Shown: piece by piece, positions 51,842 to 61,188 of the stretch
How the letters are laid out: the number at the start of each line of letters is the position of its first letter
Position numbering within the stretch: position 1 is the stretch's first letter
The notes under the pieces: model-generated
Seen by the model: only the letters and a program-made list of their open reading frames with translations
Databases searched by the model: none
What the model was told of the DNA's origin: nothing
Assembly: GCA_944386645.1 (NCBI GenBank)
Contig: CALXBW010000002.1
Location: 8,581 to 72,580, forward strand
Length of the DNA stretch: 64,000 nucleotides
Reading direction: 5' to 3'
From: an uncultured Clostridia bacterium
GTDB lineage: Bacteria; Bacillota; Clostridia; TANB77; CAG-508
Translations under genes and position numbers: made by a program

Positions 51842-52657
51842 CTATCTTTCAAATTCATCCAAAGTTTTAAATTCATATCCTTGATTTTTCGCCTCTTTTA
51901 TTACATAATCTAAAACATTCATATTATCAACTGAATTACCATGTAATAATATAACTGCTCCTGAGTGTAAATTATCTAAAATTTTTTTCTTTGCATACTC
52001 CACACCTTTTTGATGCTTTTCATCCCAATCATCATATGCAAGCGACCACATCGCTGTTTTATATCCTAAAGAATTACATATAGCAAGAGTTCTTTGACTA
52101 TATTCTCCTTTAGGTGGACGTATGTACTCCATATCATAATTAAATTTCTCATATACAGCTTGATGTAAATCCATAATTTCTTTTTTTATTTTCTCATCAT
52201 CTAAACTAGGCATACTATAATGATTCACTGTATGATTTCCAACTATATGTCCATCATCAATCATTTTCTTTACTAATTCAGGTTGTGAATTTAAATAATG
52301 GGCTGTTATAAAAAATGCTGCTTTTACGTTATTTTCTTTTAATATCTCTAATATTTTTTCTGTATATCCCGCTTCATACCCCTGATCAAATGTTAAATAT
52401 AGTTTTTTAGTTTCTGCATTTCCCATAGCAATTCCATCTGCCTCATCTATGTACTTTTTATTTTTCTCTCCTAAGTCTGGTTGTTTATGATCTTTTTCTC
52501 TTTTTATACCCCATTCTATTTTTTGATTACTTAATCCATTATTTTCTTGTGCACTTGCTAAAACAGTTTCATTTTGTGTTTTTAACACACTAACAGTAAA
52601 AACTACCATCATTATTGATAATATTGAAACAATAATATACTCACTTCTAAACTTCAC
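51842..52657 (-). CDS. Polysaccharide deacetylase (NodB homology; PdaA-like delta-lactam biosynthetic deacetylase)
   Basis: 271 aa; signal/TM then LYLTFDQGYEAGYTEKIL...AAFFITAHY...GNHTVNHYSM NodB motifs. Confidence 0.8.
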   Translation of the reverse strand: MKFRSEYIIVSILSIMMVVFTVSVLKTQNETVLASAQENNGLSNQKIEWGIKREKDHKQPDLGEKNKKYIDEADGIAMGNAETKKLYLTFDQGYEAGYTEKILEILKENNVKAAFFITAHYLNSQPELVKKMIDDGHIVGNHTVNHYSMPSLDDEKIKKEIMDLHQAVYEKFNYDMEYIRPPKGEYSQRTLAICNSLGYKTAMWSLAYDDWDEKHQKGVEYAKKKILDNLHSGAVILLHGNSVDNMNVLDYVIKEAKNQGYEFKTLDEFER

Positions 52658-52782
52658 ATTATTTCCTCCTTTTATTTTAAGTATATTGTTTCATTATCAT
52701 TTAATGACTAAAAATCATATTAATATGTAGCAATATAATTTCACTATTGTTGATAATATATTACCATCATTGTCTTGCCCAC

Positions 52783-52852
52783 ATATAAAAAGATGGAAAA
52801 CCTCTTTCTACTTAGAAAAAATTCTATTTTTTCATATGTATAGTTTCCATCT
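52783..52852 (-). terminator. Long hairpin (11-bp stems aagatggaaac/gtttccatctt) terminating the SpeE-like operon
   Basis: Inverted repeat read directly; T-rich tract follows on minus strand. Confidence 0.4.
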
Positions 52853-52866
52853 TCTTATAATATTTT

Positions 52867-54402
52867 TCACCAATTCTGAACTTCTTTATTATAATATGTA
52901 ATAAGTACTGGCTTAAACATATTATTTTCTTCTACTTCATCTAAAGGTATTATCTCATCATTTCCAAAAACAAACAAAGAATCTATATTATTTGAATTTA
53001 AATATTTTGTTTCAACACTCAATTCATTTCTTATATTTTCGCCGTTAAAAGCTAAATTAAAGCCCCAATCTCCAAAAGAAGGTACTTGTAAATGATATGG
53101 AATTACTGTATTAAACTGACTCTTTATAGTTTTATTAATACACCAAAATGATTTTGGAGCATAGTATGGACTAGTAGATTGGCACACCATTACTCCACCT
53201 TCTGCTAAATTAGCTTTTATATAATTGTAGAAAACATTAGTATATAATTTATTTAAACTCTCATTATTTGGATCTGGAAAATCTATTATTATAACATCAA
53301 ATTTTTCGTCATTTTGTTGTACAAAAATATATCCATCTTCATTGATTATTTTTAATTTTTCATTTTTCAAAGAATTATTATTTAATCTTGTTATTTGTTC
53401 ATTTTCAGTACATAAATCTGTCATTTTCTTATCTATATCTACTAATACAATTTCTTTTACTTCTTCATACTTTAATACTTCTCTTGCAGCTAGTCCATCT
53501 CCTCCACCTAGAATTAAAACTCTATCATGATTTTTTGCATACATCATTGGTATATGTACTAAAGCTTCATGATACCTATATTCATCATTAGAACTAAACT
53601 GTAAATTACCATCTAAAAATAATCTTAAATCATCTTTATGCTTAGTCATGACTATTTTTTGATATTCAGTTTGTTCTGATAAAATAATATCATCTCTATA
53701 TAAGCCACTTTCTATATGTTTAGTAATAACTCCTCCAAAACATAAAAATAATATCATAACAATGAATAATATAACTGAACAATATTTTAGTGCTTCATGA
53801 TTTATAATAAACTTTTTATATTTCCATATTATAAGTATTGCTACAAATATATTGATTGTTCCAACAATAAATGATGTTGTAATAAATCCTACTTGTGGAA
53901 ATAATAATAATGGAAATACTACTGAACCAATAAGTCCACCTATGTAATCAAATGTAAAAATATGTGCAAGATTTTCTCTAACATTACTTTCATTTTTCTC
54001 TATAATTCTAGTAAGTATTGGTATTTCTAATCCAACAAATATTCCTATTAGAATAATTAATAAATACATTATTAATGCATATATTTGTGTATATATATTT
54101 GCTAAAAATAAAATTAAGCTTGAAAATCCACCTAAAATACCTACACTTATTTCAATCAAAATAAATTTATTAAATAAATTATTTTTTATATATTTAGACA
54201 GATAAGAACCTATACCCATAGCACTCATATATAAACCTATTGTTATAGAAAACTGAAATATGCTATCTCCTTGTAAATATGAACTAATACTACTTATAAT
54301 TAATTCATAAATAATAGAACATATAGAGATTAATAAAGTGGTTACTAATAGTAATCTTCCATCAAATTTTTCTTTTTGTTTTTCCATTTTATAATACACC
54401 AC
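52867..54402 (-). CDS. Polyamine aminopropyltransferase (spermidine synthase-like) fused to N-terminal polytopic membrane domain
   Basis: 511 aa; N-terminal ~6 TM; C-terminal SpeE fold VLILGGGDGLAAREVLKY...IIIDFPDP...GGVMVCQSTSP. Confidence 0.8.
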   Translation of the reverse strand: MVYYKMEKQKEKFDGRLLLVTTLLISICSIIYELIISSISSYLQGDSIFQFSITIGLYMSAMGIGSYLSKYIKNNLFNKFILIEISVGILGGFSSLILFLANIYTQIYALIMYLLIILIGIFVGLEIPILTRIIEKNESNVRENLAHIFTFDYIGGLIGSVVFPLLLFPQVGFITTSFIVGTINIFVAILIIWKYKKFIINHEALKYCSVILFIVMILFLCFGGVITKHIESGLYRDDIILSEQTEYQKIVMTKHKDDLRLFLDGNLQFSSNDEYRYHEALVHIPMMYAKNHDRVLILGGGDGLAAREVLKYEEVKEIVLVDIDKKMTDLCTENEQITRLNNNSLKNEKLKIINEDGYIFVQQNDEKFDVIIIDFPDPNNESLNKLYTNVFYNYIKANLAEGGVMVCQSTSPYYAPKSFWCINKTIKSQFNTVIPYHLQVPSFGDWGFNLAFNGENIRNELSVETKYLNSNNIDSLFVFGNDEIIPLDEVEENNMFKPVLITYYNKEVQNW

Positions 54403-54598
54403 TCATTATAATACCTATAGCTACAAACATTCCACCTAACATAATTCCAACTGCTTTATTATTGTTATCTACTTCTTCTGTTAATTTAAAATCCTTTTTA
54501 AATTTTAATTCTACTAATTTATATCCTATAAAACAAAACGCTACTCCTATTACGACATAAATAAGTATTTCTAATAATTTAAACCAAACTGTTTCCAT
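54389..54598 (-). CDS. DUF350 small membrane protein
   Basis: 69 aa two-TM protein; paralogue of the next gene. Confidence 0.55.
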   Translation of the reverse strand: METVWFKLLEILIYVVIGVAFCFIGYKLVELKFKKDFKLTEEVDNNNKAVGIMLGGMFVAIGIIMSGVL

Positions 54599-54610
54599 TT
54601 CTTCCTCCCT

Positions 54611-54817
54611 CTATATAATAACTGTTCTAATTATAATAGCTATAGATATAAAAATACCTGCTATTAAAAAGCCTGCAGCTACATTTTTTTCTTTTAATTC
54701 TCTATTAAAATCATAAGGTACAATTAAATCAAATACATACATACTAGCAAGCATTAAAACTATTCCTAAACCTCCATATAATAATGTTTCTAGTATTTGT
54801 GTCCACAATAACTCCAT
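54611..54817 (-). CDS. DUF350 small membrane protein
   Basis: 68 aa two-TM protein MELLWTQILETLLYGGLGIVLM... Confidence 0.55.
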   Translation of the reverse strand: MELLWTQILETLLYGGLGIVLMLASMYVFDLIVPYDFNRELKEKNVAAGFLIAGIFISIAIIIRTVII

Positions 54818-54831
54818 TAATATTTCCTCCT

Positions 54832-55863
54832 TTATTTTCCAAAACTTATACCTCCACCACTACTTCTTCTACTGTTTACACTTTGCTGTCTGGCAGAATC
54901 TGCATATTCTGAATAAATATTACTTTTATTTGAACTATTAAATGCTCCATAGTAATATGGGTTATAATAACTATGATATGTATAACCACCAGTACTTACA
55001 TATTTTTTATCTGAAACCTGAACATATACAGTCCCATTTTCTAAATATACATATGCAAATTCATTTTTTGTATGTATCCCTACTCCCTCTTTATCTGTAT
55101 TATTTTCTGAACCTGTTACACTTGTTATTTTTTCTGGTATACCATCTATTATATCTTTTACTGTTTGAGCAATAGTTGAAAATGATGACTTATATACTCT
55201 TGCTTTCTTACGATTCGTATTATTTGTAATTGATGTTACATATTCATATTTTGAATTTTTTTCTATGTATTTTTGCATAGGGTTACCATTAAATATATTT
55301 ACAATAAATATTACAATAACAGCTAAAATTGGAATAACTGCCAAAGCTATTTTAGATTTACTTTTACTATTTTTTATATTATTTTTATCCTGTTTACTTG
55401 TTGGTTCTTCTAAAGTATTTGTAATCTTTACTTTATTACCATCTATATATTCTCCTTGACTTTTCTCGGCTCCATCATCCCATTTTTCAATAGAAATTAT
55501 ATGTTTTTTATCTTTTGTAATATAATTTATATATTTACATTGTTCTCGAATATCTACGTCCACATTTCCTAAATAATTTTTTACTGTCGCAACACCTTCA
55601 TCTAAAAATTCATATTCATGACCATTTATACTAAAATTCTTATCTTTTTCGTTTATATCACCTGTATATGGTATATATGTTGAATACAGTATTTTATTAG
55701 ATTCATTTTTTTCAATACAAAGAATTTTGCTTTTACCTAGTTCATCTCTTATTTCATATTCTTGCCAAATATCACTATTCTCTTCAAATTCTATCATACT
55801 CATAACTAAATATTTGACATTATCTATATATATTACTTGCCATTTTTTTAATTTTTCTTCCAT
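54832..55863 (-). CDS. DUF4178-like protein with C-terminal TM and Tyr/Ser/Gly-rich tail
   Basis: 343 aa; N-terminal domain resembles DUF4178 (WQVIYIDNVKYLV...GHEYEF); module DUF4178-DUF350-DUF350-membrane SpeE is a recurrent bacterial arrangement. Confidence 0.5.
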   Translation of the reverse strand: MEEKLKKWQVIYIDNVKYLVMSMIEFEENSDIWQEYEIRDELGKSKILCIEKNESNKILYSTYIPYTGDINEKDKNFSINGHEYEFLDEGVATVKNYLGNVDVDIREQCKYINYITKDKKHIISIEKWDDGAEKSQGEYIDGNKVKITNTLEEPTSKQDKNNIKNSKSKSKIALAVIPILAVIVIFIVNIFNGNPMQKYIEKNSKYEYVTSITNNTNRKKARVYKSSFSTIAQTVKDIIDGIPEKITSVTGSENNTDKEGVGIHTKNEFAYVYLENGTVYVQVSDKKYVSTGGYTYHSYYNPYYYGAFNSSNKSNIYSEYADSARQQSVNSRRSSGGGISFGK

Positions 55864-55914
55864 TTTCTCCCCTCTTATTTATAAGTTATCAAATTCATTT
55901 TGGTTTTATAAACA

Positions 55915-56298
55915 TTATTTCTTACCAAATATTTTCTTGAGAAAATTAATTATTTTATCTAATAATCTTTCTTTTTTTATAACTAATGGTAATTCTTTAT
56001 CATATTCGTTTTCTAAATTTCCTTGATATATTTTTTCGTTATTTTCCCATGTTTTTAATACTTTTCTTTTTTCTTCTTCTGATGCTAAATAATTATAATA
56101 TATTAAAGCAATTAAATCTTTACTTTCTTCTGAAATATTTTGTTCTAATAAACTTTTATTTAAATCTATATCAACTTCCTTATTTGAATCTTTTGCTGTA
56201 TTTTTTAAATAATCTAAAAATTTTATTGGTATTTTTTTTATTAACTCATAATCCACATAGTCTAATATAGAAACGACTTCTTTTGCTATATCATTCAT
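55915..56298 (-). CDS. Hypothetical protein (127 aa)
   Basis: ORF overlapping upstream gene by 8 bp; no family recognised. Confidence 0.4.
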   Translation of the reverse strand: MNDIAKEVVSILDYVDYELIKKIPIKFLDYLKNTAKDSNKEVDIDLNKSLLEQNISEESKDLIALIYYNYLASEEEKRKVLKTWENNEKIYQGNLENEYDKELPLVIKKERLLDKIINFLKKIFGKK

Positions 56299-57046
56299 CT
56301 CTAGAAAATCCTTCCTTTACTTTTCCTATTATTTTATTTTTTTGCCTTGTTATATTATCTCTTATCCTTGTATACATTTGTTTTATTTTACTAATACTTC
56401 TACTTTCTGCTAAATCTTTTATATCATTTTGATTAAATTTTTTGTTATAATTATTATTCTTTTCATCTTTTTCTTCTACAAATTTAATATTACCATTGTC
56501 TAACTTATCTTTACTTATTATAGGTAATTCATGTTCTATACTTTTAATATATTTAATTTGATCAATCATTTGGTCAAAATGTTCATCAGTAAAATATATT
56601 TGACAATTATTATAAAAACTTTTAACATAAGCAAATTCTTTTTCTGGAAATTCATCTGAATAAGGATCTTCCTTATTTATAATCCCATATTTTTTTGATA
56701 ACTTACCTACTAAAGCATCTATATCAATATCATAGTTAATGTCATCTTTTGTTCCAATTTCGACATAGTTAATTTTTCCTTTTTTACCTATCATCCATGG
56801 CTCATATTCTCCATTTAATGTGACACAAAAATTAATATTTGTTTTCTCATCTTCTAAAACATTTTCCAATTTTATTAACTTTTGTTTTTCTTCTTCAATA
56901 TTTGATTCTACTCTTTCTCCTTTTATAATCTCTCTAAAATATTGTGTTAATTCACCTTTTTTATTATTAAAATATACTCCATATCTATTTCCACTTATTA
57001 TATTCCCATATAAATAATATGGTTTTTTATATGTATTATTTGCCAA
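56291..57046 (-). CDS. Hypothetical protein (251 aa)
   Basis: ORF; no family recognised. Confidence 0.45.
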   Translation of the reverse strand: MANNTYKKPYYLYGNIISGNRYGVYFNNKKGELTQYFREIIKGERVESNIEEEKQKLIKLENVLEDEKTNINFCVTLNGEYEPWMIGKKGKINYVEIGTKDDINYDIDIDALVGKLSKKYGIINKEDPYSDEFPEKEFAYVKSFYNNCQIYFTDEHFDQMIDQIKYIKSIEHELPIISKDKLDNGNIKFVEEKDEKNNNYNKKFNQNDIKDLAESRSISKIKQMYTRIRDNITRQKNKIIGKVKEGFSRDE

Positions 57047-57065
57047 ATTAATTGTAAATTTGTCC

Positions 57066-57266
57066 TTATCTTTTAAAAACCCGAGCCATTAATTCTATAA
57101 TCTTAGGACTTTTCAAAAATGAAATATATGCACTTGAAGATGCAAAATTTGTTATATTATCATGATTCTCTAATACTCCATCACATGAAGCAAATGGCTT
57201 AAAGCCGTTCTTATCCAAATATTCAATTATATCTACAAAATCTTTATCAATATCTGATATTTTCAT
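57066..57266 (-). CDS. Hypothetical small protein (66 aa)
   Basis: ORF preceding the 251-aa gene. Confidence 0.35.
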   Translation of the reverse strand: MKISDIDKDFVDIIEYLDKNGFKPFASCDGVLENHDNITNFASSSAYISFLKSPKIIELMARVFKR

Positions 57267-57435
57267 ATTTTCCCCTTCTTTTGTTATTTATTTTTCTCTT
57301 TTTTTATGAATTTAGTATAACATAAAATTATATTATCTACTACAATTTTATAATAATTGTATAAAATATATTTTTTTAATATGATATAATACAAATATAC
57401 TTAGAGTATATTACTCAAATTTTTAGGAGGTTTTT

Positions 57436-58839
57436 ATGTTAAACAAATATATTGATTCTAAAAAAGATGAAATGATACAAAAATTAAAAGAGTTAATTAA
57501 TATTCCTAGTGTATATGAAAAAAGTGATGATCAAAATATGCCTTTTGGAAAGAATGCAAATTCAGCACTTGAATACATACTTAATCTTGGTGATTCTTTA
57601 GGATTTAAAACAAAAAATGTTGATGGTTACTGTGGTTATATTGAATTTGGAAAAGGCTCTGAATTAGTTGGTATTATAGGCCATTTGGATGTTGTTCCTG
57701 CTAATGATAATTGGACCTACTCGCCTTTTAATGCAACTATTCATGATAATAAAATATATGGTAGAGGTGCAATTGATGATAAAGGTCCTGTAATTGCTTC
57801 TTTATATGCAATGAAAGCTGTTATGGATAATTGTCAAATAAATAAAAGAGTTCGATTAATATTAGGTTTAGATGAAGAGAGAAGTTGGAAATGTATAAAT
57901 TATTACAAAGAACATGAAGAAATACCTAGTATTGGCTTTAGTCCTGATGCAGATTTTCCTTGTATATACGCAGAAAAAGCAATTTTAACAACATATTTAT
58001 CCACTGAATATAAACCAAATGTTGAATCTAATATATATATTAAAGAAATAGATTGTAATAATAATCCTGATAATGTAGTACCTAAAATTTGCACTATTTT
58101 ATTATCTATAACTGATAATATTGACATGTCTCAATTAATTTCTAATTTAAAAGATATAATTTCTAAATATAATTTTAATATAAATTATGAGATTATAGAT
58201 GATAATAATTTGAAAATTGCTTCTCATGGTAAGGAAGCACATTCTGCACACCCAGACTTAGGTATTAATGCAATTTCAAGATTAATTGTAACTATTAATG
58301 ACCTATTAAAACACTACAATAATAATATTGATTTATTCGAATTCTTTTGTAAATTTATAAATACACAATATGATGGGAAAAATCTTGGTATAAATTATAA
58401 AGATGAATCTGGTACATTAACTTTAAATGTAGGAAATTTTTTTTATAATAATAATCGCATTACAATAGGGATAAATATGAGAATTCCTATTAATACAACT
58501 ATCGATACAATTGAAAACGCTTATTTAGATAAATTATCTTCTTATATAAATATTAGATATGAAAAAAAAGATAGTAAAAAAGCTCTATATGTTGACAAAA
58601 ATTCTTATCTTGTAAGAACTCTTTGCAACATATTTAATGAAATGAATAATTCTAATTTTGAACCTATTGCAATAGGAGGAGCAACATACGCTCGTGCTTT
58701 TGATAATTGTATATCTTTTGGCGCGAATATTCCTGGCCAAAAAGACATATGTCATCAAAGTGATGAATTTATTACCATAGATAATTTAGTTTTTGCAAGT
58801 AAAACTTATGCAAAAGCTATTTATGAACTATCAAAATGA
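57436..58839 (+). CDS. pepV: M20-family dipeptidase PepV (Xaa-His dipeptidase-like)
   Basis: 467 aa; GIIGHLDVVPA...YGRGAIDDKGP M20 motifs; AGGAGG RBS. Confidence 0.85.
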   Translation: MLNKYIDSKKDEMIQKLKELINIPSVYEKSDDQNMPFGKNANSALEYILNLGDSLGFKTKNVDGYCGYIEFGKGSELVGIIGHLDVVPANDNWTYSPFNATIHDNKIYGRGAIDDKGPVIASLYAMKAVMDNCQINKRVRLILGLDEERSWKCINYYKEHEEIPSIGFSPDADFPCIYAEKAILTTYLSTEYKPNVESNIYIKEIDCNNNPDNVVPKICTILLSITDNIDMSQLISNLKDIISKYNFNINYEIIDDNNLKIASHGKEAHSAHPDLGINAISRLIVTINDLLKHYNNNIDLFEFFCKFINTQYDGKNLGINYKDESGTLTLNVGNFFYNNNRITIGINMRIPINTTIDTIENAYLDKLSSYINIRYEKKDSKKALYVDKNSYLVRTLCNIFNEMNNSNFEPIAIGGATYARAFDNCISFGANIPGQKDICHQSDEFITIDNLVFASKTYAKAIYELSK

Positions 58840-58867
58840 TTGTAACGTACAAATTTTATAATTTATC

Positions 58868-58897
58868 TAAAGTACTCAAAAAAGAGTACTTTTTTTA
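58868..58897 (+). terminator. Rho-independent terminator of pepV
   Basis: aaagtactc-aaaaaa-gagtacttt followed by ttttt. Confidence 0.55.
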
Positions 58898-58990
58898 GAC
58901 TTATTTTACAAAAATATTACATTATTTCTTTTTTTATTATAGGTATTGACAATATTATATTTTTGGATTATAGTTTTTAATATTGGAAAT

Positions 58991-59020
58991 TTAAGGTAAT
59001 GGGTTGTATTTTGTAGAATA
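58991..59020 (+). promoter_or_regulatory. Sigma-A promoter upstream of agrA-like gene
   Basis: TTGACA-N17-TATAGT (approximate coordinates). Confidence 0.4.
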
Positions 59021-59040
59021 ATGTAGAAAAGGTGATTTTT

Positions 59041-59772
59041 ATGTTGAATTTTGTAGTCTGTGATGACAATATTTATATATTAGATAAAATATCTAAAATT
59101 TTAGAATCTATTTTTATAGAACATAATTTTGATGCAAATATTATTTTTAAAGGAACAAATGCAGATGAAGTTTTACAATTTATAAAAAATAATTATAACA
59201 AAATAGACGTTTTAATTCTTGATATTAATTTAAAATCTGAAGTTTCTGGACTTGATATCGCTAAAAGTTTGCGTAATTATAACAAAAATGCTTATATAAT
59301 TTTTACCACTGGTCATTTAGAATATGTTATGATGGCTTACAAATATAAAACATTTGATTATCTACCCAAACCTATTACTTTTGAAAAAATTGAAGAAACT
59401 GTTATTAGGTTATTTAATGATATAACTAATAACTCTAACAAATATTTAAAACTAGTTTCTAAAAATATGCTCATCAACGAAGATGATATTTATTATATTA
59501 AAAAAGATGGTATGAGGGCTATTTTTATAAGTCCTTATCAAACTTATGAAATATATAACTCATTTTCAAAAATTCAAAATTCTTTACCACCTAATTTTAT
59601 AAGATGTCATAAATCTTACATTGTAAATATAAATAAAATTTCTGATATAAGAATCAATATTAATAAAATATATTTTAAAGATAATATATCTTGTTCTATT
59701 GGTCCAAAATACAAAAATAATTTATTGGAGGTTATTAACAATCATGGAAATAATACAAAATATCTGGAATAA
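59041..59772 (+). CDS. LytTR-family response regulator (AgrA-like)
   Basis: AAGGTGA RBS then ATG 59041 (MLNFVVCDDN...); receiver D in ILDINL; C-terminal LytTR domain (FIRCHKSYIVNI). Confidence 0.85.
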   Translation: MLNFVVCDDNIYILDKISKILESIFIEHNFDANIIFKGTNADEVLQFIKNNYNKIDVLILDINLKSEVSGLDIAKSLRNYNKNAYIIFTTGHLEYVMMAYKYKTFDYLPKPITFEKIEETVIRLFNDITNNSNKYLKLVSKNMLINEDDIYYIKKDGMRAIFISPYQTYEIYNSFSKIQNSLPPNFIRCHKSYIVNINKISDIRININKIYFKDNISCSIGPKYKNNLLEVINNHGNNTKYLE

Positions 59773-61093
59773 TTTATCATCACAAAATGAAATACTTACT
59801 AATATAATTTGTAGTCCTTTTATCATTATAGATGCATTTATAGGTATGTTACTTTTTACAACTATCTTAAATATTAAATCTAATAATAAACAGAAATTAC
59901 TTTATGTTGTTTCTATTTCAGTTTTAGCATTCATAACAAGATCTTATATTCCAAACCCGTATGGAACATTTATAAATATGATTGCTCTCCCAATCTTTAT
60001 AATCTTTATCTTCAAAACAACTCTATTAAAAAGTATAATTGCAGAATTATTACCTCTACTTATTTCAGCTTTAATTGAACCTATATGCGCAAAATTATAT
60101 ATTATTATATTTGATATACCTATAGAAGTAGCAATGAATACACCTATATCTAGATTATTTGTAATGTTTATAGTTTATTCTATTATGTATTTAATCTACT
60201 ATGTAACAAAAAAATTTAATTTTAATATAACTATACTTGATGAATTAAATCTAAAAAGTAAAATCTTATTAATTGTAACCTTTTTATTAGGTCTTATTTC
60301 AATAGCTATTCAATATTATATAATTAATTATTATAGTAATAACATTCCTATTCTAGTAACTGTACTAAGCACATCTACATTACTTATATATTTTATTATG
60401 AGCCTTTATAGCCTAATTAGAACAACTCAATTAGAAATAACAAAACAAAATTTAGAACAGTCAGAATTATATAATAAAACTCTTTCAATTTTATATGATA
60501 ATATTAGATGTTTTAAACATGATTTTAATAATATTGTACAATCAATAGGAGGGTATGTTCAAACTAAAGACATAACTGGTTTAAATAAATATTATTCTCA
60601 ATTATTAGAAGATTGTCAAAGAGTTCACAACTTAACAGCTCTAAATCCTACAGTTATTAATAATCCTGCAATATATAGCTTACTAACTGCAAAATACCAT
60701 GTTGCAGATTCTAATGGTATACAAATTAATTTAGAAATATTTCTTGATTTAAATACACTCAATATGAAAATATATGAATTCTGCAGAATACTTGGAATAT
60801 TATTAGATAATGCAATTGAAGCAGCAAATGAATGTTCCGAAAAAATTATAAATTTAAAAATGCAACTTGATAATAGCTCTCAAAAGCCACGTCAGTTGTT
60901 AATTATAGAAAATACATTTAAACAGAAAAATATAGATTTAGAAAAAATATTTAATAAATCATATTCTACAAAACCTAATAATACTGGATTAGGTTTATGG
61001 GAAATTAGAAAAATATTAAAGAAAAATAACAATTTAAATTTATTTACAACTAAAAAAGACGATTTCTTCATACAACAATTAGAAATATATTGA
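59744..61093 (+). CDS. AgrC-like sensor histidine kinase (HPK10 family; polytopic sensor + GHKL)
   Basis: ~6-7 TM N-terminal domain; H-box CFKHDFNNIVQSIGGY; ATPase LGILLDNAIEAA...TGLGLWEIRKIL; start chosen at ATG after GGAGG. Confidence 0.8.
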   Translation: MEIIQNIWNNLSSQNEILTNIICSPFIIIDAFIGMLLFTTILNIKSNNKQKLLYVVSISVLAFITRSYIPNPYGTFINMIALPIFIIFIFKTTLLKSIIAELLPLLISALIEPICAKLYIIIFDIPIEVAMNTPISRLFVMFIVYSIMYLIYYVTKKFNFNITILDELNLKSKILLIVTFLLGLISIAIQYYIINYYSNNIPILVTVLSTSTLLIYFIMSLYSLIRTTQLEITKQNLEQSELYNKTLSILYDNIRCFKHDFNNIVQSIGGYVQTKDITGLNKYYSQLLEDCQRVHNLTALNPTVINNPAIYSLLTAKYHVADSNGIQINLEIFLDLNTLNMKIYEFCRILGILLDNAIEAANECSEKIINLKMQLDNSSQKPRQLLIIENTFKQKNIDLEKIFNKSYSTKPNNTGLGLWEIRKILKKNNNLNLFTTKKDDFFIQQLEIY

Positions 61094-61127
61094 AAACATA
61101 AATTTATTTATCTGATTATATATAATA

Positions 61128-61178
61128 AAAGTGAATAGCGTATTTGATTTTTATTAATTCATTTACACTATTCACTAT
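61128..61178. terminator. Bidirectional hairpin between convergent agrC-like gene and thrS
   Basis: agtgaatagcgt...acactattcact, 12-bp stem with one mismatch. Confidence 0.45.
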
Positions 61179-61188
61179 CTATATTTAT

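Noticed and set aside
59032-59040. GTG start at 59032 for the AgrA-like gene (track ORF start)
   Set aside because: The ATG at 59041 has a properly spaced AAGGTGA Shine-Dalgarno. The GTG would place the RBS inside the coding region.
59699-59743. Upstream extension of the AgrC-like ORF (track start 59699)
   Set aside because: It overlaps the 3' end of the regulator gene in another frame and has no RBS. The ATG at 59744 follows GGAGG and begins the first TM helix region.
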